Notes: generated by a model from the sequence alone, not told the origin. Shown: positions 11,811-23,593, counted from the whole stretch's first letter. The stretch is 63,463 nt of DNA, filler included, from an uncultured virus (IMG/VR IMGVR_UViG_2049941000_000142) (13 parts of one record of this genome joined end to end with filler, not necessarily neighbours in it); one strand, 5' to 3'. Translations and numbers: made by a program.

Positions 11811-12937
11811 TTGATGAATTATTTGCCGAACTTGCCCAGCGTGAGTTAGCTAAACGATCCTTTGCGGAGTATCTGGTTTTGTCTCAAGGCAAGACTTGGA
11901 AGCGTACACGGATGTCTGACTTCCTTGCGAATAGAGTGCAGGAGTTTGTGGAGACGAAAACGGAGAACGCTTACGACATCCTGGTCATAGAGTGTCCTCC
12001 GCAGCATGGGAAATCGACTACGATAACGGAGTCGTTCCCGGCATGGTACATGGGAAAGAACCCAACGGCGAATGTGATCATTGCCTGTTACTCCAAGGAC
12101 TTCAGCGAGAGGTTCACACGAAGGAACAAGGAGAAGATCAGAGCGCTTGGTACTGAGCTCTTCGGATCGAGCATCGGTGCGATAGACAGGGCGGACGAGT
12201 TTGAGCTCGACAACGCAAAAGGAAGACTGATCAGCCGTGGCATTATGTCCGGCATCACAGGTAACCCGGCGAATCTGATCATAATGGATGAGCCTATCAA
12301 GAACCAGCAGGAAGCAGATAGTCCTACTTATAGAAATAATCTNNNNNNNNNNGAGAGCGGTAACCTTGTACGGAGAGACTGGTGGAGGTTTTACGATCCG
12401 GACGATCAAACCTTATTATTTGGGTCTGAACTGATATCCGTTGACGCCGCATTCAAGAGTGCGGACTCAAACGACTTTGTTGCGATTCAGGTATGGGGTA
12501 AGAGACGGAACGATTACTATCTTCGTGCATCATTCAATAAGCATCTGGACTTTCCGGGTACTGTGGCGATGATCAGAAATGTAAAGGTTATGTTCCCGAA
12601 TGTAAAGGCTGTGCTGATAGAGGACAAGGCGAACGGCCCGGCTATTGTGCAGACTCTGCAGCGTGATCCTGATATGTTTGTATTAGCAATCAATCCGCAG
12701 GGCGGCAAAGTGGCGAGGGTGAATGCCGTATCCGCAGCCATTGAGTCCGGTCATGTGTTTCTTCCTCAGCCGGATAAAGCTGTGTGGGTGAATGAGTTCA
12801 TCGATCAGTTCACGGCGTTTCCCAATGCCGCTCATGACGATATGGTTGACGCCGCTTCACAGGCATTGCACCGGATGATCTACTTCTCCGGTGACTTTGA
12901 GGTGTACGTTCCTACAGAGACAGAGATAGCAGTTAAG
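11811..12937 (+). CDS. terL: Terminase large subunit (both ends in gaps)
   Basis: Walker A CPPQHGKS, ITGNPANLIIMDEPIKN, nuclease motifs SVDAAFK, LIEDKANG and FPNAAHDDMVDA. Confidence 0.93.
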
Positions 12938-14056
12938 NNNNNNNNNNNNNNNNNNNNNNNNNNNNNNNNNNNNNNNNNNNNNNNNNNNNNNNNNNNNNNN
13001 NNNNNNNNNNNNNNNNNNNNNNNNNNNNNNNNNNNNNNNNNNNNNNNNNNNNNNNNNNNNNNNNNNNNNNNNNNNNNNNNNNNNNNNNNNNNNNNNNNNN
13101 NNNNNNNNNNNNNNNNNNNNNNNNNNNNNNNNNNNNNNNNNNNNNNNNNNNNNNNNNNNNNNNNNNNNNNNNNNNNNNNNNNNNNNNNNNNNNNNNNNNN
13201 NNNNNNNNNNNNNNNNNNNNNNNNNNNNNNNNNNNNNNNNNNNNNNNNNNNNNNNNNNNNNNNNNNNNNNNNNNNNNNNNNNNNNNCAGAAAGCCACGCA
13301 CTCTACTGTTACGCATGGTACGAAACCGCGGTTTAATCCGGAGAAGAATCCTTCCGGCGGTACCGGTATCAATACGAAATTTGATGACTACGCACCGAGA
13401 GGGTACTATCCGCCAAAGAAAGGCGAGACCCGCGTTCTTGAATCAGCGAATGGTCGTATTAATGTGCAGCCGCGTAAGCTGAAAGAGAAAGGATAAGAAA
13501 CTATGGATGAACCTATGAATACCGGATTTCCTATTCCGCCCAGCCGTCCGATGTTTGGCGGCGATGATATAGAAAACACACCGCCTGCTGAGGGCGGTTT
13601 TATTATGTCCTTTGCCAATGAGACCGGCGATAAAGCCGTTGTCCTTACTTCTGTTGAAGTAGCGGACGGCGAGGTTGTCAAACGGCATGACAGAAAAGAA
13701 AATAGCGAAAGANNNNNNNNNNCGGCGGAGAAGACGAGATGGGTCTTCAGATCGGGAGCATTTACGAGGGAGAGAACGCAGAAGAGGATGCCAGCGATGA
13801 AGCGACAAGACTCGACGATATGTTCAATCCGGGTGAAGATGCCGACGATGAGGAACTTGTCTCTGCTGTAGAGGACGCCAGAGCGGATGCCGGTACAGAG
13901 CAGGATCTCGACCTTGGCGGTGAACTGCCCGACGAGGATGTTATGCCCCCTGTTCCGACAGAGGAAGAAGAGGAAGCTGACGAGGAACTCGCCGAGGAAG
14001 AGCCGGAAGATGAAGAGCCTATGCTCGATCAGTTAAAGAAAGCGAAGAAATAAAGT

Positions 14057-14317
14057 ATGGAACTGTTGATGAGTTTGCTCGGCGTACTGCTTGGTGTTGG
14101 TCTTGTTGCTTGCGGTTTCCTTTTAGGTAAACACGTATACGCTCCTAAGTCTCTGCCTGTTCCGGAACTGTCTGAAGAGGAAAAGACAAAGATAAGGGAA
14201 GAGCGTGAGCAGCTTATCGCAGAACAGAAAGCCTTTCGCGCTTTGATGGACTATAACGCTGACATGGCGTATGGCATCAATGACTCCGCTCTTCCAATTC
14301 AAAAGGGGAGTGGGTGA
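14057..14317 (+). CDS. Small membrane-anchored phage protein
   Basis: Hydrophobic N-terminal helix followed by a charged helix; lies between TerL and portal. Confidence 0.55.
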   Translation: MELLMSLLGVLLGVGLVACGFLLGKHVYAPKSLPVPELSEEEKTKIREEREQLIAEQKAFRALMDYNADMAYGINDSALPIQKGSG

Positions 14318-14321
14318 TTGG

Positions 14322-15043
14322 ATGGAGGGTGGCTACTCCGTTTATAAGCACGTATTTCCAAACGGAAAACAATATGTTGGGTACACTTCTAAAGATCCAA
14401 AGGATAGATGGAAGAATGGAAGTGGGTATGGTACTCAGTCCGTATATAGAGCAATTAAGAAATACGGATGGGATAATATTGAGCCTATTGTTATCCGGAG
14501 CGGATTAAGTGAAGAAGACGCTTTAATGTTGGAGAGAAAGCTTATAAAGCATTACGATCTTTGTAATAGAGACAAGGGGTATAATTTCCATCCAGGTGGT
14601 AAGGCATCTCCATCTGCTTGTATGGAAGCTAGAAGAAAGATAAGTGAATGGCGAAAGCAGAATCAGTTTGGGGAAAAGAACCCAATGTTTGGGAAGCACA
14701 TATCTGATGAAAATAAAGCACTTATANNNNNNNNNNGGAAGAAGAGAGACAAAAGATGCGTGATAGGCATTGGGATGTCTCCGGTGTTAATAATCCGCAT
14801 TATGGTGTTCCTTGTTCAGAAGCTACCAAAGAAAAGATTAGAGAGTCGCAGAGGAAAAGGATGCGACCGGTTAATCAGTATACATTGGGTGGAGAATTCA
14901 TCGCCTCCTTCGAAAGTATCCATGAAGCTGTTAGGCGTACTGGCGTATGCAAGTCGGGCATTATGGATTGTTGCAAAAAAGACATTAAATATACGCATGG
15001 CTTTGTGTTTAGGTATGCGGATGAAGAGGGTGGTAGTGGTTGA
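14322..15043 (+). CDS. Free-standing GIY-YIG homing endonuclease with NUMOD-type DNA-binding tail (internal gap)
   Basis: SVYKHVFPNGKQYVGYT..RW..G.GY, ERKLIK..GYN, GEKNPMFGKH, RPVNQYTLGGEFIASFESIHEA. Confidence 0.85.
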
Positions 15044-17142
15044 AACAAGAATACACAAACACCAAGACTGACGTATTTCGCTACTACGAATTAGGTCGGC
15101 AGTATAATAACCAGCTTGTACCGAATCAGTACACTCTGGTTAATACGAACATTGAGTTCTTTGCCGGTAACCAGTGGCTGCATATTACGGAATCCCCGGC
15201 TATGCAGAGACTTGCGAGACCGACATTTAATATTATAAAACGAATTACATCGCTGTTTGTTGCGTCGCTTACATCGAGCAACACAACGATTAACTTTGAG
15301 CCTTTGTCCTATTACGATGGGGATAATATGAAAGATCCTGAGAACAACGCTGCGGTGATCGCAACAGCGGAAGTGCGGAATCTGTTTGAGAAATTCAAAA
15401 TGGAGTACCGCATTCGTGAAGCGTTGTTTGACGGCGCTCAGACCGGAGATTACTGCGCCCATTTCTACTGGAACGCAGACGCTGTTCCGTATGGCGGTGC
15501 ATTCGGCCCCTACAAAGGCGAGATAGAAATGGAACTCGTGGATGGGATCAATGTCATGTTTGGCAATCCGAACACACCGGATGTGGAATCCCAGCCGTAT
15601 ATTCTTCTCCTTGGGAGAGATACAGTAGAGTTCCTGAAAGAAGAAGCGGAGTTATTCGCTAAGTCACGAACAAAACGTGGCGGAACAGCCGAGAATGACA
15701 TTGTTATTGACTCACTGAATGCAGACTCCGAGTGGCAGTGGCAGGCAGGTATCGGCGGAAGAACAGAACTTACTCCGTCTGATGACCGTACAGGGAAAGC
15801 CTTGTACGGCATTTTATATACGAAAGTTACAAAAGAAGAACCTGTGATCAACCCAAAGACCGGACTTCAGGAGCAGACTCCGATGCTGGACGATAAGGGC
15901 GATCCGATTCAGATGACAACTGATGACGGAACTCCGATGGTGGATTCCGACGGCGAACCTGTTTATAAAATGAAGCCAGCGACACGGCTTAGGACATCTG
16001 TCCACGTTACGAAAGCAACGAAGACGATGATCATCTACGAAGATGTGGATACCGGACTGAGCAGATACCCGGTTGCCTGGGGCAACTGGGAGAAGCAGAA
16101 GAATCAGTATCATGGTCGTGCATTGGTTACCGGAATCGTTCCGAACCAGATCTTCATCAACAGTATGATGGCGATGATCTTCCGGCATCTGCAGCTTCAG
16201 AGTTTTCCGAAGACTATCTACAATGCCGATCTGATTGGTCAGTGGAACAACGAGGTAGGTGCAGCTATCGGCGTTCATANNNNNNNNNNTCTGAGAGATG
16301 TGGCTACATCGATTCAGCCTGCGGATATGTCCAACCAGATTGTTATGTGTATTGACCGTGTGATGCAGTACACGAGAGACTGCCTTGGTGCTACGGACGC
16401 ACAGATGGGTAATGTGAGACCGGACAATACTTCCGCTCTGATGGTATTGCAGTCATCCGCTGAAGTTCCTCTTGAGAATACGAGGGCGGGTCTTCACGAA
16501 TGGGTGGAAGACATCGGTGCTATTCTCCTGGATATGATGGGAACGTATTACGGAAAGCGTCCTCTTGTTCGTGAGCGTACATTTGAGGATGTCGCTATGG
16601 GAAAGGGTCAGACTCCTATGATCGATCCGACTACCGGACAGATGATGACTCAGACAGCTACCCATCGTGTGCTTGAGGACTTTGACTTCACACAGCTTAA
16701 GAAACTGTGGTTCAATATCCGTGTTGATGTCGGTGCTACTACTTACTACTCCGAGATCGCTATGGTTCAGACTCTGGACAATCTTCGCCGTGATGGTACG
16801 CTTGAGATCATCGACTACCTTGAGCGTATACCGGACAAGCTGATCCCAAGGAAACAGGATCTGATTGAGGATATTAAGAAGCGTACAGCCGAGGTAGCAC
16901 AGCAGACGGCTGCTATGCAACAGGCTACGCTTGAACAGCAGGGTGGCATGATGCCCGGTCAGCAGGGGCCACAGATATCCAAGAAGCCAAGATCTGATCT
17001 TCAGAATGCCGGATTCCCTAGCATGGGCGGAGATATTTCCGCCGAGAAAGCGATAGGCAATCTGCCTGGGTCAATACAGGCTAAATATAATGATTTGCCT
17101 AGGTCTGCTCAAAAAGCCCTAGTGCAGAAAGGATCTATGTAA
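15040..17142 (+). CDS. Portal protein (P22-like)
   Basis: 700 aa after TerL; NIEFFAGNQW, PTFNIIK, GRALVTGIVPNQIFIN, NTSALMVLQ, Q-rich tail. Confidence 0.85.
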   Translation: MKQEYTNTKTDVFRYYELGRQYNNQLVPNQYTLVNTNIEFFAGNQWLHITESPAMQRLARPTFNIIKRITSLFVASLTSSNTTINFEPLSYYDGDNMKDPENNAAVIATAEVRNLFEKFKMEYRIREALFDGAQTGDYCAHFYWNADAVPYGGAFGPYKGEIEMELVDGINVMFGNPNTPDVESQPYILLLGRDTVEFLKEEAELFAKSRTKRGGTAENDIVIDSLNADSEWQWQAGIGGRTELTPSDDRTGKALYGILYTKVTKEEPVINPKTGLQEQTPMLDDKGDPIQMTTDDGTPMVDSDGEPVYKMKPATRLRTSVHVTKATKTMIIYEDVDTGLSRYPVAWGNWEKQKNQYHGRALVTGIVPNQIFINSMMAMIFRHLQLQSFPKTIYNADLIGQWNNEVGAAIGVHXXXXLRDVATSIQPADMSNQIVMCIDRVMQYTRDCLGATDAQMGNVRPDNTSALMVLQSSAEVPLENTRAGLHEWVEDIGAILLDMMGTYYGKRPLVRERTFEDVAMGKGQTPMIDPTTGQMMTQTATHRVLEDFDFTQLKKLWFNIRVDVGATTYYSEIAMVQTLDNLRRDGTLEIIDYLERIPDKLIPRKQDLIEDIKKRTAEVAQQTAAMQQATLEQQGGMMPGQQGPQISKKPRSDLQNAGFPSMGGDISAEKAIGNLPGSIQAKYNDLPRSAQKALVQKGSM

Positions 17143-17559
17143 TATGACAGAGATTTTAGTTGACAGCGTTGGCCCCGGCGGTCGTGAGATGATTCCCGTT
17201 GAAGTGGAAGAAGAACCGGAAGTAAAAGCCGAANNNNNNNNNNNNNNNNNNNNNNNNNNNNNNNNNNNNNNNNNNNNNNNNNNNNNNNNNNNNNNNNNNN
17301 NNNNNNNNNNNNNNNNNNNNNNNNNNNNNNNNNNNNNNNNNNNNNNNNNNNNNNNNNNNNNNNNNNNNNNNNNNNNNNNNNNNNNNNNNNNNNNNNNNNN
17401 NNNNNNNNNNNNNNNNNNNNNNNNNNNNNNNNNNNNNNNNNNNNNNNNNNNNNNNNNNNNNNNNNNNNNNNNNNNNNNNNNNNNNNNNNNNNNNNNNNNN
17501 NNNNNNNNNNNNNNNNNNNNNNNNNNNNNNNNNNNNNNNNNNNNNNNNNNNNNNNNNNN

Positions 17560-18491
17560 TATCGGCGAGATTGATGGGCTGATTATGCATACGAAGGATG
17601 AGGCTTGGCAGAAGTCCGGCGAGATCATTACGCTCGAGAAGGATGTGGAAGATCTTAAGAAGTACGCAGATATTAAATCTCCAGCGGATCTGAAGGCCAT
17701 TGCTGCAAGCGGAAAGGCCAGAGAGTATTTTGATATCGGAGATATCATTTATATTCCGTGGACAAACTATACACCGAGTACACCGGTTACTTATTACGTT
17801 CCGTTTGCGGTTGTGCATTTTGGCGACGCATATGATGAGGACGGTGTCAAACATGAGAACCCAATCTGGTTAATGTCGGTTTATGCACAGCCGGAGGAGA
17901 TTCCATTTGATGCTGCTGAAGATACTGTAGTTGATCTTACGAGCGAACCGAATGCCCTTGAGGGTTGGTACTACTGGGGTCTTACTGGTGCGTCTTATAC
18001 AGCTTTGAATCTTTCCGCTGGTACTGCAATTCCGGATACTTACGATAGCGTTCATAAGTGCGGAGTGAATAGCCTTGATGTTCTTCGATATGGGTATAAT
18101 CGATGGAAGGTCTCTGCTTATAGGCAGTGGCTTAACTCCGATGCCGCGAAGAATGAGAACTGGTGGGAGAGTCAGCATACAGGGGATATCGCTCCTACGA
18201 CTACGTATACGAATAAACCTGGATGGCTGTATGGCTTTGCTCCAGAGTGGGGAGAAATTTTCCAGAAAGTGAAAGTGGACACCGCGGCGAATACTGTAAC
18301 AGACAGTGGAGTTACGGACACTACTTATGATTATTTCTTCCTGCCGTCCTTGGAGCAGATGTATGGCTCTCCGCAGGCGGCTGGTGTTGAAGGGGATTAC
18401 TGGGAGTACTGGAAAGAAGAGACCGGACTCGATGCTCCGTCTAATGGGTCTGCAAGCGATACGAATGATGCGAGAAAGATTCCTCCGGTAA
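17560..18491 (+). CDS. DGR target protein (DUF6273-like, predicted C-terminal CLec fold); C-terminus/VR lost in gap
   Basis: YFDIGDII, YNRWKVSAYRQWLNS, TYDYFFLPSLEQM, YWEYWK; directly upstream of avd-TR-RT. Confidence 0.75.
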
Positions 18492-18501
18492 NNNNNNNNN
18501 N

Positions 18502-18898
18502 AAAAAGAAGCAAGAACCGTTTGGAAGTCCAAGTAAAGGCGCAGGCGCTTGCTTCCTATACAGTTAAGATTTGTTCAAATAAAAATGTTTTTAAGCCGGA
18601 GTTTGATGATGAACTCGTTCGAAGGATAAAGGCTTGTGCTTATGACATTTGTGTAAAGCTTTGGTCTGCGAATAATATACGGGCGGAAACGAGTCTTGTT
18701 GATCGCCGTATGCGGTACGAATTGCAGGAAGAAGCTATCCTCCTGTGTGATCAGATGCTCGTTTATATCGGTATCGCTAGATCGGTTTTTCATTTGAAGA
18801 GCAAGAGAATGAAGTACTGGACAGAACAGATTTTAGCTGTTAAGGCCCTGGCACAGAAATGGAAAGAATCGGATGTTAGCCGTTATGGGAAGCCGTAG
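18502..18898 (+). CDS. avd: DGR accessory variability determinant (Avd-like four-helix bundle), start in gap
   Basis: Basic ~130 aa helical protein, KRSKNRLEV..SANNI..RYELQEEAI..YW..KWKESD..RY, immediately before the TR. Confidence 0.8.
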
Positions 18899-18930
18899 CG
18901 TTTAGCATAAAAGGGTGTAGGCTATTGATT

Positions 18931-19056
18931 GCCGTGAACTGCCGTTTGCGTTCCGCGAATCGCTCCAACTCGAACAATGTGTGGAATGTCAACAACGCGG
19001 GATATCTCAACAACAACAATGCGAACAACGCGTATAGGGCGCAGCCGGATTGTGTT
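18931..19056 (+). ncRNA. DGR template repeat (TR), approximate bounds
   Basis: Reads AVNCRLRSANRSNSNNVWNVNNAGYLNNNNANNAYRAQPDCV with 14 AAC/AAT codons; lies between avd and RT; followed by hairpin-rich spacer (19078-19180). Confidence 0.9.
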
Positions 19057-19211
19057 ACTTCTGTCTACAGATGGTTCGCACATAGTGTGAATTGTAAGAT
19101 GAATTAAGACACAAGGAGCCGAATCCCTGTCCTTACGGGCGAACAATACGACTTTGATGCGATCAGCTTACGAGCTGGTATCGCTGTAGACAAAGGAGAA
19201 ACATTTACGAT

Positions 19212-20211
19212 ATGGATGATGGGGCTGTCGTAGGGTATGATGCCTTGTGGGATTCGATGATGAAATGCAAGTGCGGTGTTATGTGGAAATGTTCTGTAGC
19301 GAATTTCGTTCTGAATGGCGTGAGAGAAATCGGAAGACTTTCGGACGAGTTGCTTAACGGAGAATATCACGAGAGACCGCATAAGTATTTTACAATAACC
19401 AGTCCAAAGAAGAGAGACATTATGAGCATCTCTTTTCGTGATAGAGTTTATCAAAGAAGCTTGAACGATGTTGCGATATACCCAGTTATGATTCGGTCTT
19501 TCATCCATGACAACGGTGCGTGTCAGAAAGGGAAAGGAACTGATTTTGCTAGGGATAGGTTTAAATGCCACCTGCAGAGGTTCTATCGAAAACACGGCAG
19601 AAATGGGTATGTTCTTAAGCTGGATATCCGTGGATATTATCCGAATATGCGGCATGACGCGGTTAAGGATAAGTTTCGCAGATANNNNNNNNNNGGGTGA
19701 CGTTGGTTTTAATCCGGGCAGTCAGATTATTCAGATAGCTGGTATCTCACTTCTTGATGACCTTGATCATTACGTTAAGGAGCGGTTAAGGGTGAAGTAC
19801 TATGTTCGCTACATGGATGACATTCTGATTATAGGAGAATCGAAAGAGGAGCTTCTTAAGATTAAGGAAGTGATTCGTAAAGAACTTTTTAAAATCGGAT
19901 TTGAACTTCATGAAGAGAAGAGCAAAGTAATATCGCTCTTAAAGGAAGTACTGTTCCTAGGTTTTAAGTATAGGATTACGGAGACCGGGAGAGTTCTTAT
20001 GATAGTCGATCCCGCCCGCGTAAGAGCCGAACGGAAGAAGTTATTTAGGCTGGTAGGTTTGGCGAAACAAGGAAAAATATCGAAAGAGAAAGTAGACCAG
20101 TGCTACCAGAGTTGGCGCAGTCATGCGCTGAAAGGAAATTCGTGGAAGCTTATTCAAAGGATGGATAGGTATTATCGCAATTTATGGAGGAAAGATACCA
20201 ATGGGTTTTGA
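19212..20211 (+). CDS. DGR reverse transcriptase (internal gap)
   Basis: PKKRDI..FRDRVYQ, ACQKGKGT, YVLKLDIRGYY, GFNPGSQIIQ, YVRYMDD, FLGFKY. Confidence 0.93.
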
Positions 20212-20392
20212 AATTTTAAGAGGCCCTCTCGCAAAGCTGTTCCGGGAAAACAACAGACTTGCATTGGGGCTCGCGGAAGAGCAACAGCAAAGAAGCGATT
20301 TGGAAGACGCCGTTGTGGAACTCGGCGAATTGTTTGCCGAGCAGGATGACGCCATCGTAGAACTCGCTGAAATAATTTCTGAAGGAGAATAA
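20201..20392 (+). CDS. Small acidic coiled-coil phage protein
   Basis: DLEDAVVELGEL..QDDAIVELAEII; RBS GGAGG upstream. Confidence 0.55.
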   Translation: MGFEILRGPLAKLFRENNRLALGLAEEQQQRSDLEDAVVELGELFAEQDDAIVELAEIISEGE

Positions 20393-21058
20393 AGTATGTG
20401 TATTGACCGTGTGATGCANNNNNNNNNNNNNNNNNNNNNNNNNNNNNNNNNNNNNNNNNNNNNNNNNNNNNNNNNNNNNNNNNNNNNNNNNNNNNNNNNN
20501 NNNNNNNNNNNNNNNNNNNNNNNNNNNNNNNNNNNNNNNNNNNNNNNNNNNNNNNNNNNNNNNNNNNNNNNNNNNNNNNNNNNNNNNNNNNNNNNNNNNN
20601 NNNNNNNNNNNNNNNNNNNNNNNNNNNNNNNNNNNNNNNNNNNNNNNNNNNNNNNNNNNNNNNNNNNNNNNNNNNNNNNNNNNNNNNNNNNNNNNNNNNN
20701 NNNNNNNNNNNNNNNNNNNNNNNNNNNNNNNNNNNNNNNNNNNNNNNNNNNNNNNNNNNNNNNNNNNNNNNNNNNNNNNNNNNNNNNNNNNNNNNNNNNN
20801 NNNNNNNNNNNNNNNNNNNNNNNNNNNNNNNNNNNNNNNNNNNNNNNNNNNNNNNNNNNNNNNNNNNNNNNNNNTTTTGCGGGATTGGTAGCAATTCTGC
20901 CAATGGCTTTTTATGCTCTCCACGCCTATCTGAAGAAGCGGACCACGGAGAGATCCTTATGGCAATAGGCGAAAGTCTATTGCCCAAATTTGGTATAACC
21001 CGCCATCCATAGCGGTTTATATAAATATATCTTTCTCGCCATGAAAGGAAATTAATTT

Positions 21059-22147
21059 ATGGAAAATACAAACGAAAAGGCTCAGGCCATTACCAACGAA
21101 GACGATGCCATTCTGCCGGACGGCTGGACAGGAGACGGAGACTTCTTTGAATGGGCGGCTGGTGGACAGACTGANNNNNNNNNNNNNNNNNNNNNNNNNN
21201 NNNNNNNNNNNNNNNNNNNNNNNNNNNNNNNNNNNNNNNNNNNNNNNNNNNNNNNNNNNNNNNNNNNNNNNNNNNNNNNNNNNNNNNNNNNNNNNNNNNN
21301 NNNNNNNNNNNNNNNNNNNNNNNNNNNNNNNNNNNNNNNNNNNNNNNNNNNNNNNNNNNNNNNNNNNNNTGTAAGTGAAAAGGTTCACCCTGACATTGCG
21401 AAGGACACCGTGTCACGTAAGGTCAGAGAGATCGAGGATAAGGCTATTAAGAACAGGAAATCCTCTTCCGCAGAGGAAAAGGAAGAAACATCAGAAGACA
21501 CCACGACGAAGTCCGGAACCAGAGATTTCAAACCGGAAGTCGCAGAACTTCTTAAGGATTTTCCTGAACTCCATGGAAAGACTCTTCCAAAGGAAGTTGT
21601 CGATGACGCTCTTTCCGGGAAACCGCTGACTATTGCCTACAGACAGTATATCCAGAAGCAGTTGAAAGCCGAAAACGCCAAACTCCAAAAAGAAAATGAA
21701 ACATTAAAACAGAATGCGGTGTATCCTCCGGTTCNNNNNNNNNNCTCAGACTGACGAGGGTGACCAGCCCGCCACGCCGGAAGAACCTAAAGAGCAGTCT
21801 ACAACAATAAGATTTGATGCGAACATCAACCATCGTAAGAAGAGTGTTNNNNNNNNNNCTGCCGGAGATATACGAAAAGGCTTATGCCGCTGATAAGTTC
21901 AGAAAGAAGCTTAGCGATAAGACGGCTGAACTTGAGGAAGCGGAAGTAGTAAGTCAGCTTCTTGGCTATTCAAGCGTTAAAGAGATGCTCGCCGCAGCGA
22001 AGAAGAGCTATGAGGATTCTGAAGTTGAACGCCNNNNNNNNNNCGGCTAAACGCGCACCTGTCAGGGGTGTCACGAGGGGCAGCGCAACACAGGAAGGAC
22101 CGGAAGATCCGTTTCTTCGTGGTTTTAATGCGACAGGCTTATACTGA
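21059..22147 (+). CDS. Probable capsid scaffolding protein (shuffled fragments)
   Basis: Acidic/coiled-coil, ends PEDPFLRGF; immediately precedes the capsid start. Confidence 0.6.
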
Positions 22148-22212
22148 TCTTTATTTCCTGACAGCCGCGTGACTGTCATCCGCATGGCCATATAGAAAGG
22201 AATGATTAAATT

Positions 22213-22270
22213 ATGGCAGGCGGAATTAATCTCGCTACTAAATATTCTCCCGTCGTAGACGAGAGATGGT
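22213..22270 (+). CDS. Major capsid protein exon 1
   Basis: RBS GAAAGGA; MAGGINLATKYSPVVDERW, then an in-frame TGA spanning the predicted splice site. Confidence 0.8.
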
Positions 22271-22333
22271 GACAGAGTTGCCCACTACGGCAGTAATGTC
22301 GTAGATGAATCGACCAAAATCGGTGAAAGCTAA
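22271..22333 (+). ncRNA. Group I intron, 5' part (P1, P2, P3, P4)
   Basis: P1 GGT|GAC-AGA-GTTGCC with U.G at the splice site; P2 CTACGGCA-GTAA-TGTCGTAG; P3 ATCGACCA; then AAAATCGGTGAAAGCTAA. Confidence 0.82.
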
Positions 22334-23085
22334 ATGAGTGAAGAATATTTAATCTATAAGCATACCTCACCAAGTAATAAAGTTTACATCGGAATAACAA
22401 GCCAAACACCGGAGAAGCGGTGGCATGGCGGAGCGAACTATAGCGGTCAGCCTTATTTCTATAACGCTATTCGTAANNNNNNNNNNNNNNNNNNNNNNNN
22501 NNNNNNNNNNNNNNNNNNNNNNNNNNNNNNNNNNNNNNNNNNNNNNNNNNNNNNNNNNNNNNNNNNNNNNNNNNNNNNNNNNNNNNNNNNNNNNNNNNNN
22601 NNNNNNNNNNNNNNNNNNNNNNNNNNNNNNNNNNNNNNNNNNNNNNNNNNNNNNNNNNNNNNNNNNNNNNNNNNNNNNNNNNNNNNNNNNNNNNNNNNNN
22701 NNNNNNNNNNNNNNNNNNNNNNNNNNNNNNNNNNNNNNNNNNNNNNNNNNNNNNNNNNNNNNNNNNNNNNNNNNNNNNTAATTTTAAGCACGATATTATC
22801 CGATCCGGTCTAACGGAAGAGGAAGCTAAAATAGCGGAGAGAAAATTAATTAAGAGGTATGACAGTCGTAATAGGGAATTCGGTTATAATGCCACATCTG
22901 GTGGGGATATAAGTCCTATGAAGAGTATGCAAGCGAGAGCGAAAAGCTCGGCTTCTCATAAGGGGAAAGCGATGCTTCCTCAGACGAGGGCAGCTCTTCT
23001 TAATAGTAGGCTTGGTATTTCTCTTTCCGAGGATCATAAGTCTAAAATATCATCTTCCATTTCAGAACTTTGGAAAGACCCTGAG
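22334..23085 (+). CDS. Intron-encoded GIY-YIG homing endonuclease (gapped)
   Basis: LIYKHTSPSNKVYIGIT..RW, ERKLIKRY..GYNATSGG, LSEDHKSKIS. Confidence 0.85.
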
Positions 23086-23593
23086 NNNNNNNNNNNNNNN
23101 NNNNNNNNNNNNNNNNNNNNNNNNNNNNNNNNNNNNNNNNNNNNNNNNNNNNNNNNNNNNNNNNNNNNNNNNNNNNNNNNNNNNNNNNNNNNNNNNNNNN
23201 NNNNNNNNNNNNNNNNNNNNNNNNNNNNNNNNNNNNNNNNNNNNNNNNNNNNNNNNNNNNNNNNNNNNNNNNNNNNNNNNNNNNNNNNNNNNNNNNNNNN
23301 NNNNNNNNNNNNNNNNNNNNNNNNNNNNNNNNNNNNNNNNNNNNNNNNNNNNNNNNNNNNNNNNNNNNNNNNNNNNNNNNNNNNNNNNNNNNNNNNNNNN
23401 NNNNNNNNNNNNNNNNNNNNNNNNNNNNNNNNNNNNNNNNNNNNNNNNNNNNNNNNNNNNNNNNNNNNNNNNNNNNNNNNNNNNNNNNNNNNNNNNNNNN
23501 NNNNNNNNNNNNNNNNNNNNNNNNNNNNNNNNNNNNNNNNNNNNNNNNNNNNNNNNNNNNNNNNNNNNNNNNNNNNNNNNNNNNNNNNNNNNN

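Noticed and set aside
18925..19107. 60-aa Asn-rich ORF
   Set aside because: This is the DGR template repeat read in frame, probably not translated.
20395..20418. Exact match to portal sequence ~16344-16367; likewise 59256-59276 matches ~53889-53909
   Set aside because: Short matches at contig ends; most likely chimeric reads or assembly tips.
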